In this document: piece after piece, positions 24,585 through 32,053 of the stretch
Layout: each line of letters starts with the position of its first letter
Numbering within the stretch: position 1 is the stretch's first letter
NCBI GenBank assembly: GCA_964402015.1
Contig: CAYOAS010000001.1
Coordinates: forward strand, 1 to 39,156
Reading direction: 5' to 3'
Length of the DNA: 39,156 nucleotides
Source of the DNA: an uncultured archaeon
GTDB taxonomy: Archaea > Iainarchaeota > Iainarchaeia > Iainarchaeales > JAGVWC01
Notes under the pieces: generated by a model
Database searches by the model: none
The model's input: only the letters and a program-made list of their open reading frames with translations
Told to the model about the DNA's origin: nothing
Program-made: the position numbers and the translations under genes

Positions 24585-26459
24585 TTATTTCTGCGCTTGC
24601 TCTTCGCTTGCAGCGCTCGTGGCAATCTTTCTCTGGTTTTCAAACATTTGAATTATTTCTTTTACTGTTGTTGCCTGTTCCGGTTTTTTGTCCGAGCGCA
24701 TTTGTATCATCCGCGGAAAGCGCAGTGCAAATCCCTCTTCGCTGTCCTTTTTTTTGCCAGCGGTGTGGATTGGGCTTTTTGTTATTTCGTCCGCGCGCAC
24801 TTCAATGACATGTTTTGGTTCGCACCAAAAATCAGGCTCAATCTCTGAATCAACGCGCGCCGGCTTGCTTGAACGCTTGATTTTGCTGAGCATTTCTTCC
24901 AAATCTGTCAGGGTTTGCTCGCTCATTCCGGTTCCAATCTTTGCAATGCTCTTGAACATGTCTTCTCCCTCGTCGTAAACTGCAGTCAACAATCCTCCCA
25001 AGCCGAATTCTGTTCTTTTTCCCCTGCCCTTGAAATAACCGATTATTACTGCGTCGATGGAATCAGACAATTCGCCCTTGTACGAGCGCTTTAATTTTAT
25101 CCACGCAAATTTTCTCGCTCCTGCAATGTATCTTGCATTCAGGTCTTTTGCGATTATTCCTTCCAATCCTTTCGAAACATTGTCTTCGAAAAACTTGTTC
25201 ATTTCTTTTGCAGAATCCGTAACAATGCTTTTTGTTGCTTCTATTACCGCGCCTTTTTTGATAATTTTTTCCAGCGCTTGCCGGCGCTCTTTGAAAGGCA
25301 ATGGCATAATGTTTTTTCCGTTCAGGTACATCAAATCGAAGGCAAAAAGCTTCAGGGGATATTCTGCGGCTTTTTCTTTTATGTCATATTTTCTCTTGCG
25401 CTGTATTGTCACCTGAAAAGGAAAATATTCCCCTGTTGTTTCATTGACTGCAAGGGCTTCGCCTTCAAAGATTGCTGTTTTCGCGTCAATCTGTTTTTTT
25501 ACTGCGTCAATTATTTCCGGAAACATGCTTGTCATTTTTTCCATGTTCCTGCTGAAAATCTCAACTTTTTCATTATTCTTATGAATCGCCAAACGCAACC
25601 CATCGTATTTTGCTTCTACAGCACACTTTCCCAATTTTTCAATTATTTCTTCCGCGCTTGGCAATCGTTCTGCAAGAGTCGGCCTGATTGGAATGCCGGG
25701 CATTATTTCAATTTTTTCCAGTCCCTTCAATCCGTTTTCTTTCAGCGTTTGTGCAATCGCGCCCAAATCAGAATGAATATTGTATTTTTCCTCAATTATT
25801 TCCCGCAGTCGAATTTTCACGCGCAAATCAAATTCTTTTTTTCGCTTCTCCGGGTTTTTTTCTTTCAGATTTTCCTCGATTTCTTTGGTTATTTTTGGAT
25901 TCTTTTCCACAAACTCTTTTGAATAAAGGATTGCAAGCGAATCCATTATTGTCGGGTCGCCAATGCCCAGGCGCAGGTTTTCCATTACTATCCTTACAAC
26001 AAACCTTGCCTCCAAGGGATTGGCGCTGTTCAATAATTCCGCCAACAACCGGATTTTTGAATCCTGGCTTCCGGCGCCGGAAACATTTGCAATCTTTTGA
26101 AGATTATCAAATACTTTTTTCAGCGTCAATTTTTCCGAAAACAATGCCAATTGTTTTTTCTTTTTCAACAATTCCTCTGCAACAAAACCCAAATCTCCCT
26201 TTTGCTTGTACAAGCGCTCGACTTCCCCTTTTGTATATCCTGCCGCGCTAGCGATTGCTTCTTGCACAAAGCTTTCCCCCATTCCGATATTCACGCCCTC
26301 AAACTGTGGCGCCAACAATCCCTGTGCCAGAAAAACAAACCTTGCTGTTTCATCCGCGCGCATTTGCCTGAAGAATTCCACCAAATAATCCGCCATATCC
26401 AGCCTCGAACTGGCTTTTTCCACGCGCTCGAACAATTCAGCAATCAAAGCAAAATCCAT
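24585..26459 (-). CDS. lig: ATP-dependent DNA ligase
   Basis: Motif I AVEAKYDGLR (KxDG adenylation lysine), EGIIAK and a C-terminal OB-fold region. ATG at 26459 (MDFALIAELFERVE). Confidence 0.9.
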   Translation of the reverse strand: MDFALIAELFERVEKASSRLDMADYLVEFFRQMRADETARFVFLAQGLLAPQFEGVNIGMGESFVQEAIASAAGYTKGEVERLYKQKGDLGFVAEELLKKKKQLALFSEKLTLKKVFDNLQKIANVSGAGSQDSKIRLLAELLNSANPLEARFVVRIVMENLRLGIGDPTIMDSLAILYSKEFVEKNPKITKEIEENLKEKNPEKRKKEFDLRVKIRLREIIEEKYNIHSDLGAIAQTLKENGLKGLEKIEIMPGIPIRPTLAERLPSAEEIIEKLGKCAVEAKYDGLRLAIHKNNEKVEIFSRNMEKMTSMFPEIIDAVKKQIDAKTAIFEGEALAVNETTGEYFPFQVTIQRKRKYDIKEKAAEYPLKLFAFDLMYLNGKNIMPLPFKERRQALEKIIKKGAVIEATKSIVTDSAKEMNKFFEDNVSKGLEGIIAKDLNARYIAGARKFAWIKLKRSYKGELSDSIDAVIIGYFKGRGKRTEFGLGGLLTAVYDEGEDMFKSIAKIGTGMSEQTLTDLEEMLSKIKRSSKPARVDSEIEPDFWCEPKHVIEVRADEITKSPIHTAGKKKDSEEGFALRFPRMIQMRSDKKPEQATTVKEIIQMFENQRKIATSAASEEQAQK

Positions 26460-26556
26460 AAGAACCAAACAATTATTGCACTTTTTGCATTAAAAAAACA
26501 ATAGTCTGCGCGCCAAACAAGCAAGCTTTAAAACAAAAATAAGCTTTTTTTTGTGC

Positions 26557-26964
26557 CTATTGCAAGATAGTATTTGGCTCTTTTCTCGCAATTTCCAATC
26601 CGTCAAAGTGCTTGTCAAAGCTTATTATTGCCTTGCAGTTGAATTGTTTTGCAACAAAATATTGTATTGCATCATCAAAACCCAAGCCGGTTTTTTCCAT
26701 CAAGTCAATTATTTTCAATTCGTCGGATATTACAGTGTGGTAGATAAAAAGGTTTTCCATTGATGCAAGCTCTTTCAAAAACTTTTTCAAGGCAGTGCCT
26801 TTGCCGTTTGCCAAAAGAACAAGCTCAATAGAATGAATTGCGAAAGAACTTGTCAATCCAACCATGTTCCCATTGGCAACTTTTTTTAGCAATGAAACGC
26901 ATTCCGCGCACTTTTGCCTGCCCAAAAGCACTTCCAAGAAAATATTAGTGTCAATCAGATACAT
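26557..26964 (-). CDS. vapC: PIN domain toxin (VapC)
   Basis: MYLIDTNIFLEVL N-terminus and distal acidic residues (FDDAIQ, SFDKHF). The ATG at 26964 is 1 nt after the antitoxin stop. Confidence 0.75.
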   Translation of the reverse strand: MYLIDTNIFLEVLLGRQKCAECVSLLKKVANGNMVGLTSSFAIHSIELVLLANGKGTALKKFLKELASMENLFIYHTVISDELKIIDLMEKTGLGFDDAIQYFVAKQFNCKAIISFDKHFDGLEIARKEPNTILQ

Positions 26965-26965
26965 T

Positions 26966-27226
26966 TTAATCCGCTTTTTCAAGCCACTTTTTTAGCGCGC
27001 TATGCTGCAAAGAAACAGAATCGCATTTAATGTCTTTTGCAAGCCCCACAAGGCTTTCAATACTGCCTTTTCTTTTTCCCCTTGTTTCAATCCTGTTCAT
27101 CCAATCATCGATTGCAACTGTTGCAGCCTTGCTGATTGCACCTTTCCTAAAACCAAAACTCTTCATTGCAAGCTGCCTGAATCTTGCAACAGCCCCTTCT
27201 TTCAACTGTATCCTCAATGTTTCCAA
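26966..27226 (-). CDS. VapB-like antitoxin
   Basis: 86-aa ORF immediately upstream of the PIN gene. TTG start. GCTAT(A/T)T direct repeats lie in its upstream region. Confidence 0.5.
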   Translation of the reverse strand: METLRIQLKEGAVARFRQLAMKSFGFRKGAISKAATVAIDDWMNRIETRGKRKGSIESLVGLAKDIKCDSVSLQHSALKKWLEKAD

Positions 27227-27421
27227 TCAAACCACCATATAGCAATATAGCCAAATAGCCTTAAAAATGCCATCGCCAAAAAAACACAAAACCACCCTGT
27301 GCCGGAAAATGACAATCTATTCTCTTGCGGGCAAGCTGTTTCTTGAATAGTTAGCAATTTAAGCCTTCTATTCAACAAATTTTTCAACAAGTTTATGCGG
27401 TTTTAACAACTATGCCGCCAG

Positions 27422-27481
27422 GCATATTCAACCTCTGAGCAAAGCGAAGAGGTTGCATTTTCGCCAGCCTTAGTAAGGCTG
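27422..27481 (+). repeat. Two-hairpin intergenic element, copy 4, upstream of tRNA-Pro
   Basis: Stem CAACCTCT/AGAGGTTG (27429-27455), linker CATTTTCGC, stem CAGCCTTA/TAAGGCTG (27465-27481). About 82 percent identical by hand alignment to the reverse complement of 4982-5042. Confidence 0.55.
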
Positions 27482-27496
27482 CTTTAGTAAAACCGA

Positions 27497-27648
27497 GGGG
27501 ATGTAGTATAGCTTGGTCCAGTATTCTCGCTTTGGGCCGCAGCTTTTTTCGGGGAAAAAACCTGGGAAAAAAAGGTTTTTTGCTGTTGCAAAAAACAATT
27601 GCCTGTGCAAAAAAGCGAGTGACCCCGGTTCAAATCCGGGCATCCCCA
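27497..27648 (+). tRNA. tRNA-Pro (anticodon UGG) with a 77-nt intron at 37/38
   Basis: GGGGATG/CATCCCC acceptor, CTCGC/GCGAG anticodon stem, loop TT-TGG-G. Intron 27537-27613. T-arm CCCGG-TTCAAAT-CCGGG. Confidence 0.85.
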
Positions 27649-27663
27649 ATTCAAGCATTTTTT

Positions 27664-27756
27664 GGGGCTGTAGTCTAGCCTGGTAGGATTCTAGCATGGG
27701 GAACCTTTACAGTATCCAGAATGCTAGCGACCCGAGTTCAAATCTTGGCAGCCCCA
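27664..27756 (+). tRNA. tRNA-Pro (anticodon GGG) with a roughly 20-nt intron
   Basis: GGGGCTG/CAGCCCC acceptor and CTAGC/GCTAG anticodon stem enclosing 27 nt (7-nt loop plus 20-nt intron, about 27702-27721). T-arm CCGAG-TTCAAAT-CTTGG. Position 32 would be A, so the anticodon call is less certain. Confidence 0.75.
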
Positions 27757-27800
27757 TTTTTCAATTAATTTATTAAACTGGTTCGGCGCAAGGTGATTAA

Positions 27801-29297
27801 ATGGCAGAGAAAAAAACAGTTGTTCAGGAAAAAAAACCGGAAAAAATCACTTTTAATATTGACAAGAAGGCAAATTTTAGCGACTGGTTCACTGAAATAA
27901 TCCAGAAAGCAGAGCTTGCTGATTTGCGCTATAACATCAAGGGCTTTCTCGTTTTTCAGCCTTGGTCTGTTTTTGCAATGGAAGCAATGTATGATTATTA
28001 CGAGCGCGCGCTGCAGAAGCGCGGGCACAAGCCTTATTGGTATCCTGCGTTGATTCCTGAAACCAATTTTCATTTGGAAAAAGAGCATGTTGAGGGTTTT
28101 GCGCCTGATGTTTTTTGGGTTACTGAATATGGCAATGGGCAAAAGCTTGAGGAAAAATTTGCTTTGCGCCCGACAAGCGAAACAGCAATGTACCAGATGT
28201 TTTCAATCTGGATTCGCTCTTACAACGATTTGCCTTTCAAGACATATCAGCGCTGCCAGGTCTGGCGCCACGAAACAAATGCAACAAGGCCTTTTTTGAG
28301 GAGCAGGGAATTTTATTGGATTGAAGCCCATGATGCTTTTGCCACAGAGCAGGACGCAATAAAACAGGTTCATGAGGATATGAATACTGCTGAAGAGGTT
28401 TTGCACGGGATTTTTGGCGTGCCATTCATTTTTTTTGAAAGGCCGCAGTGGGACAAGTTTGCTGGCGCGGAAAAAACCTTTGCGGCAGACACAATAACTC
28501 CTGACGGAAAAATAATCCAGCAGCCTTCAACACACTTGTTAGGGCAAAATTTCAGCAAGCCGTTCAATGTAAAATTCACTGACAAGGACGGGCAAGAAAA
28601 ATATTGTTACCTTACCTGTTACGGTCCAGCAATCAGCAGGATTTTTGCTTCGGTCATTGCAACGCACGGAGACAACAAGGGATTGCGCTTTCCATTCGAA
28701 ATCGCGCCAGTACAAATAATTATTGTGCCAATCGCGGCTGACAAAAACAAAAAGGTTTTGGACAAATCAAAAGAGCTGAAAGAAACGCTTTTTGGGGCAG
28801 GCTACCGTGCAGACGCTGATTTTAGCGAAAAAAGGCCCGGGGAAAAATTTTATTTTTGGGAAATGAAAGGCGTTCCGTTGCGCATTGAACTCGGGCCAAA
28901 AGAGCTTTCTGAAAAAAAGCTTATTGTTTACCGCAGGGACTCCGGAAAAAAAACAGCAATCAAGGAAAAAGAGCTATTGCAATTTGTGGAAAAAACCGGA
29001 AAAGAAATTTCCAGCGCACTAAAGGCGGAAGCCGACAAAAAGTTCCAGAACATTATTGAAAACGCTGATTCAATTGAAGAAACAAAAAAAGCCATTGAGT
29101 CAAAAGGCATAGCCCGCGTGAATTTTTGCAGCATTGGAATGGATGCAATAAAATGCGCAGAGGCAGTGGAAAAAGATTTGCAGGCAACAGTCAGGGGCAA
29201 GCGCGTTGGCATCGAAGAAAAGCCTTTTGGCAGCAAAAAATGCGTTGTCTGCGGCAAGGAAGCGAAAGTTGTTGCGTATATTGCAAAGCAATATTGA
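27801..29297 (+). CDS. proS: Prolyl-tRNA synthetase, archaeal/eukaryotic type
   Basis: 498 aa with class II motifs (FALRPTSE, RCQVWRHE). The C-terminal zinc-binding extension CVVCGKEAKVVAYIAKQY ends in Tyr. Confidence 0.9.
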   Translation: MAEKKTVVQEKKPEKITFNIDKKANFSDWFTEIIQKAELADLRYNIKGFLVFQPWSVFAMEAMYDYYERALQKRGHKPYWYPALIPETNFHLEKEHVEGFAPDVFWVTEYGNGQKLEEKFALRPTSETAMYQMFSIWIRSYNDLPFKTYQRCQVWRHETNATRPFLRSREFYWIEAHDAFATEQDAIKQVHEDMNTAEEVLHGIFGVPFIFFERPQWDKFAGAEKTFAADTITPDGKIIQQPSTHLLGQNFSKPFNVKFTDKDGQEKYCYLTCYGPAISRIFASVIATHGDNKGLRFPFEIAPVQIIIVPIAADKNKKVLDKSKELKETLFGAGYRADADFSEKRPGEKFYFWEMKGVPLRIELGPKELSEKKLIVYRRDSGKKTAIKEKELLQFVEKTGKEISSALKAEADKKFQNIIENADSIEETKKAIESKGIARVNFCSIGMDAIKCAEAVEKDLQATVRGKRVGIEEKPFGSKKCVVCGKEAKVVAYIAKQY

Positions 29298-29359
29298 GCC
29301 GCCTTAAGGCGGTGCAAATGCGCAACCTTCCAGTTGAGCATGCCTAACGGCAAAGGTTA
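29298..29359 (-). repeat. Two-hairpin intergenic element, copy 5
   Basis: 14-bp palindrome CCGCCTTAAGGCGG (29299-29312), linker TGCAAATGCG, stem AACCTT/AAGGTT (29324-29358) with a 23-nt loop. Same order as copies 2 and 3. Confidence 0.4.
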
Positions 29360-29372
29360 AGAATTGTTTTTT

Positions 29373-30281
29373 ATGGAAACAATGAGGATTCTTGTTACCG
29401 GTGGAACAGGCTTTATTGGTTCCAACATTGCGTTGGAATTGCTCAAGCAAGGGCACGAAATAATAATCACCGGAACAAAAACCGGCGAACAAAAATTACT
29501 GGAACTTGAAGATTCAATAATTGAAGGGCACTTGAATGACATTGACTGGAAACGCGCTGGCATTTTCGATTTGTTGTTTCACGAAGCCGCAATAAATGAC
29601 ACGACCTTTCTGGACGAAAAAGAAATGTTCCGTGCCAACGTTGAACCAGCAAAAAAACTGTTTCCATATACTTTAAGCGCTGGCTGCAAGGCAATTGTTT
29701 TTGCTTCTTCAACTGCTGTTTATGGCGATGTTACAGTTCCGTTCAGGGAAAATGGTCCAGTGCATCCACTAAACCCTTATGCTGAATCAAAGCTTGCATT
29801 GGAAGAGTATGCAATGGATTTTGCAAGGAAGAACAAAGGAATGAATATTGTTGGTTTGCGTTACTGCAATGTTTTTGGCCCGAGGGAAAACCACAAGGGA
29901 AAGCGCGCGACAATGATTTACCAGTTGGCGCAGCAGATGAGAAAAGGCAATCCAAAACTGTTCAAGTTTGGCGAGCAAAAGCGCGATTATATTTACGTAA
30001 AGGATGTTGTCAGGGCAAACTTGCTTGCAGCAAAGTCAAAAAAAACAGGAATTTTTAATTGCGGCAGTGGAAAACCAACCTCTTTTAACCGGCTGGTTGA
30101 AATCCTGAATGGGGTGCTTGGCACAAATCGCGTGCCGGAATACATTGGCAATCCTTACACTTCCGCTTACCAGGCGCACACTGAATGCGACATGTCTTTT
30201 ACAAAAAAAAAGCTCGGTTTTGTTCCGGAATACGATATTGAAAAAGGAATTTTGGATTATTACAAATCAGGTTTTCTTTAA
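29373..30281 (+). CDS. NAD-dependent epimerase/dehydratase (extended SDR)
   Basis: ILVTGGTGFIGSNIA Rossmann motif, SSTAVYG and YAESK catalytic motif. The start may be ATG 29373 or 29382. Confidence 0.8.
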   Translation: METMRILVTGGTGFIGSNIALELLKQGHEIIITGTKTGEQKLLELEDSIIEGHLNDIDWKRAGIFDLLFHEAAINDTTFLDEKEMFRANVEPAKKLFPYTLSAGCKAIVFASSTAVYGDVTVPFRENGPVHPLNPYAESKLALEEYAMDFARKNKGMNIVGLRYCNVFGPRENHKGKRATMIYQLAQQMRKGNPKLFKFGEQKRDYIYVKDVVRANLLAAKSKKTGIFNCGSGKPTSFNRLVEILNGVLGTNRVPEYIGNPYTSAYQAHTECDMSFTKKKLGFVPEYDIEKGILDYYKSGFL

Positions 30282-30736
30282 TCGCTTTGCTGTTGGATTT
30301 GCAGTTCCATTTCTTCTGCTTCTTTGCCCCCAATTTTTTTCTTTAACTCTTTAATTTTTTTGAATCCTGATTGCTCGTAAATTTTTTTTGCGGTCTTGTT
30401 TTCTTTTGCAACCAGCAAAACGATTTTTTTGCACGCCTGCTTTTTGAAGAAGTCGATTGCAAAATCAACGAGTTTTTTTCCGATTTTTTTTCCGCGGAAT
30501 TTTTCAAGGACGCTCAATGCGGTTATGCGGCCGGTTTCTTCGTCCAGAAACTCCAAATCAATAAAGCCCGAAAGCCCTTTGCTTTCCATTGCCTTGAAAA
30601 CGAAAACGCTTGGCTGCAACACTCTTTCGTGAAATTTTTCCGTTTCAAATTGCTTGTATGGAAATTCTTTTTGCACTATTTTCAGTATTGTTGGAACATC
30701 CAGCGGCTCTATCGGAACTATTTTTTGCAATCGCAT
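30278..30736 (-). CDS. GNAT family N-acetyltransferase
   Basis: RGKKIGKKLV acetyl-CoA binding motif (R/Q-x-x-G-x-G/A). ATG at 30736 forms a TAATG junction with the upstream PIN-like gene. Confidence 0.7.
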   Translation of the reverse strand: MRLQKIVPIEPLDVPTILKIVQKEFPYKQFETEKFHERVLQPSVFVFKAMESKGLSGFIDLEFLDEETGRITALSVLEKFRGKKIGKKLVDFAIDFFKKQACKKIVLLVAKENKTAKKIYEQSGFKKIKELKKKIGGKEAEEMELQIQQQSD

Positions 30737-31413
30737 TACCTTTGGGTTTTCAAATAATCGCATATTTCTTTTTCAGTGACAGAGCAACCACTGTATTTCA
30801 TTGCAAACAATGCTGCTTCCAGAGCCTGTTTTGTCTGGCCCAGTTCGTCTGCGAAAAATCCTTTTTCGAAACAGAGCGCAATGAGTTCGCTTGACCTTAC
30901 TATTTCTATTCCGGAAAGCATTTTTTTCAGTTCTGAAATTTTTTGGTTGTCAAAAACAATTTTTTTTTCTATCCCCCGTTCAAGCCTTTGTTTTAGCCTC
31001 ATCGGGTCTTCCAAGAGCATTCTTGCAGTCCTTTCGTCTATTGCAATCGCTTTTGCCCCAGTTTTTTTTGCCAGGGCAAACGCTTCCGCTTCGCCTTCTT
31101 GAATGAGATTTATTGGTTTTCCATTGGCAAAAAAAACATTGTTTGCTGTTTCAATTATTTTTTGCATTTGCCTTTGCGTTTCCTCGTCGCGCGGCATTAC
31201 TTTCAGCCAGCCGGAATCAACTGCTTTTTTTATGCGAATCGCATTCAGCTCAAAGCGCTTGATTTGCAAGGGGTGCTCTACAATTTCATAATACACCGAA
31301 CGTGGAATGAGGAATTCTGCCTTGCTGCTGTTTGCAAGCTTTTCCAGTATTTCAATAAAGCATTTTTCCGAAATGGAAATAACAGCGCTTGAATCAAAGA
31401 CAATGGAATTCAT
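30736..31413 (-). CDS. PIN-like nucleic-acid-binding protein (COG2405/DUF3368-like N-terminus) with a C-terminal extension
   Basis: N-terminus VFDSSAVISIS...LIPRSVYYEI follows the DSSxLI...IPxxVxxE pattern of that family. IAIDERTARML follows further downstream. ATGA overlap with the upstream gene. Confidence 0.45.
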   Translation of the reverse strand: MNSIVFDSSAVISISEKCFIEILEKLANSSKAEFLIPRSVYYEIVEHPLQIKRFELNAIRIKKAVDSGWLKVMPRDEETQRQMQKIIETANNVFFANGKPINLIQEGEAEAFALAKKTGAKAIAIDERTARMLLEDPMRLKQRLERGIEKKIVFDNQKISELKKMLSGIEIVRSSELIALCFEKGFFADELGQTKQALEAALFAMKYSGCSVTEKEICDYLKTQR

Positions 31414-31964
31414 GTTTCAAGCACCTTTTTCAATTGCTTCAGCCTTGCCGCAATTCCTTTTGCTTCCCCGACTTCATCGTGCATTTTTGTTATGCCAATG
31501 TAATTCAGCAATTGCTTTTTGTCCGCGCCAGTAAGTGCGGCGGCTTGGCTAAGGCTCAGCCCCAGGGCATAGGCACTGCTTGCCATTTTCACTCGCGCTG
31601 TTTCATAAATGTTTGCAACATAGTTTCCAAGCTCCTTGTCTGTTTCAATAACGTGCGCGCTAAGTTCAGCAAGTTCCTCTTCAAACCTTTCCGCATTTTT
31701 TTGTTCTAGTGCTTCAATCGCGCTGTCAAGCGAGCGCAATATTGCGTCTTTTACTTTTCCCCAGCGCTTGTGTTTTGTAATGTGTGTTTTGACTGACATC
31801 TTGTGCAGCGAATACGCTATCAGCGATATTTCCGCGAGCAATTTATCCGAATTGAAAGAGGCTTCGTTTATTGCCTTGCTGCTCTGAACGCGCAATTCGA
31901 CAATATTGCCTTGTTCAAAAGCGTCACGGATTGCGCGCATTTTCAAAGCCAATTCTTCAAGCAT
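31410..31964 (-). CDS. Helical protein with a C-terminal UPF0175-like HTH (putative antitoxin/regulator)
   Basis: The C-terminal GLSLSQAAALTGADKKQLLNYIGI resembles the UPF0175 HTH. ATG at 31964 lies 25 nt from an AATTAAATAAACC TATA-like tract. Confidence 0.4.
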   Translation of the reverse strand: MLEELALKMRAIRDAFEQGNIVELRVQSSKAINEASFNSDKLLAEISLIAYSLHKMSVKTHITKHKRWGKVKDAILRSLDSAIEALEQKNAERFEEELAELSAHVIETDKELGNYVANIYETARVKMASSAYALGLSLSQAAALTGADKKQLLNYIGITKMHDEVGEAKGIAARLKQLKKVLET

Positions 31965-32022
31965 GAAAGACAATACGCTGCGGTTTATTTAATTGTTGTT
32001 GGGTTGTTGCAGCTAAAAAAAG

Positions 32023-32032
32023 CTTTTTATAT
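32023..32032 (+). promoter_or_regulatory. TATA box (CTTTTTATAT) with an A-rich BRE-like tract, for a leaderless transcript
   Basis: Centred about 26 nt upstream of the ATG at 32054 and preceded by AAAAAAAG. Confidence 0.45.
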
Positions 32033-32053
32033 CCTAAAGGCTTATTTAGTATC

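Noticed and set aside
26469-26556. AAGCTT...AAGCTT inverted pair and other short palindromes between the ligase and vapC
   Set aside because: These are 6-bp palindromic restriction-type sites in AT-rich spacer DNA. They have no second copy or family resemblance and are compatible with chance.
27470-28142. Minus-strand ORFs 27470..27697 and 27765..28142
   Set aside because: They are antisense to the two tRNA-Pro genes and to the 5' end of proS, with no protein-like features.
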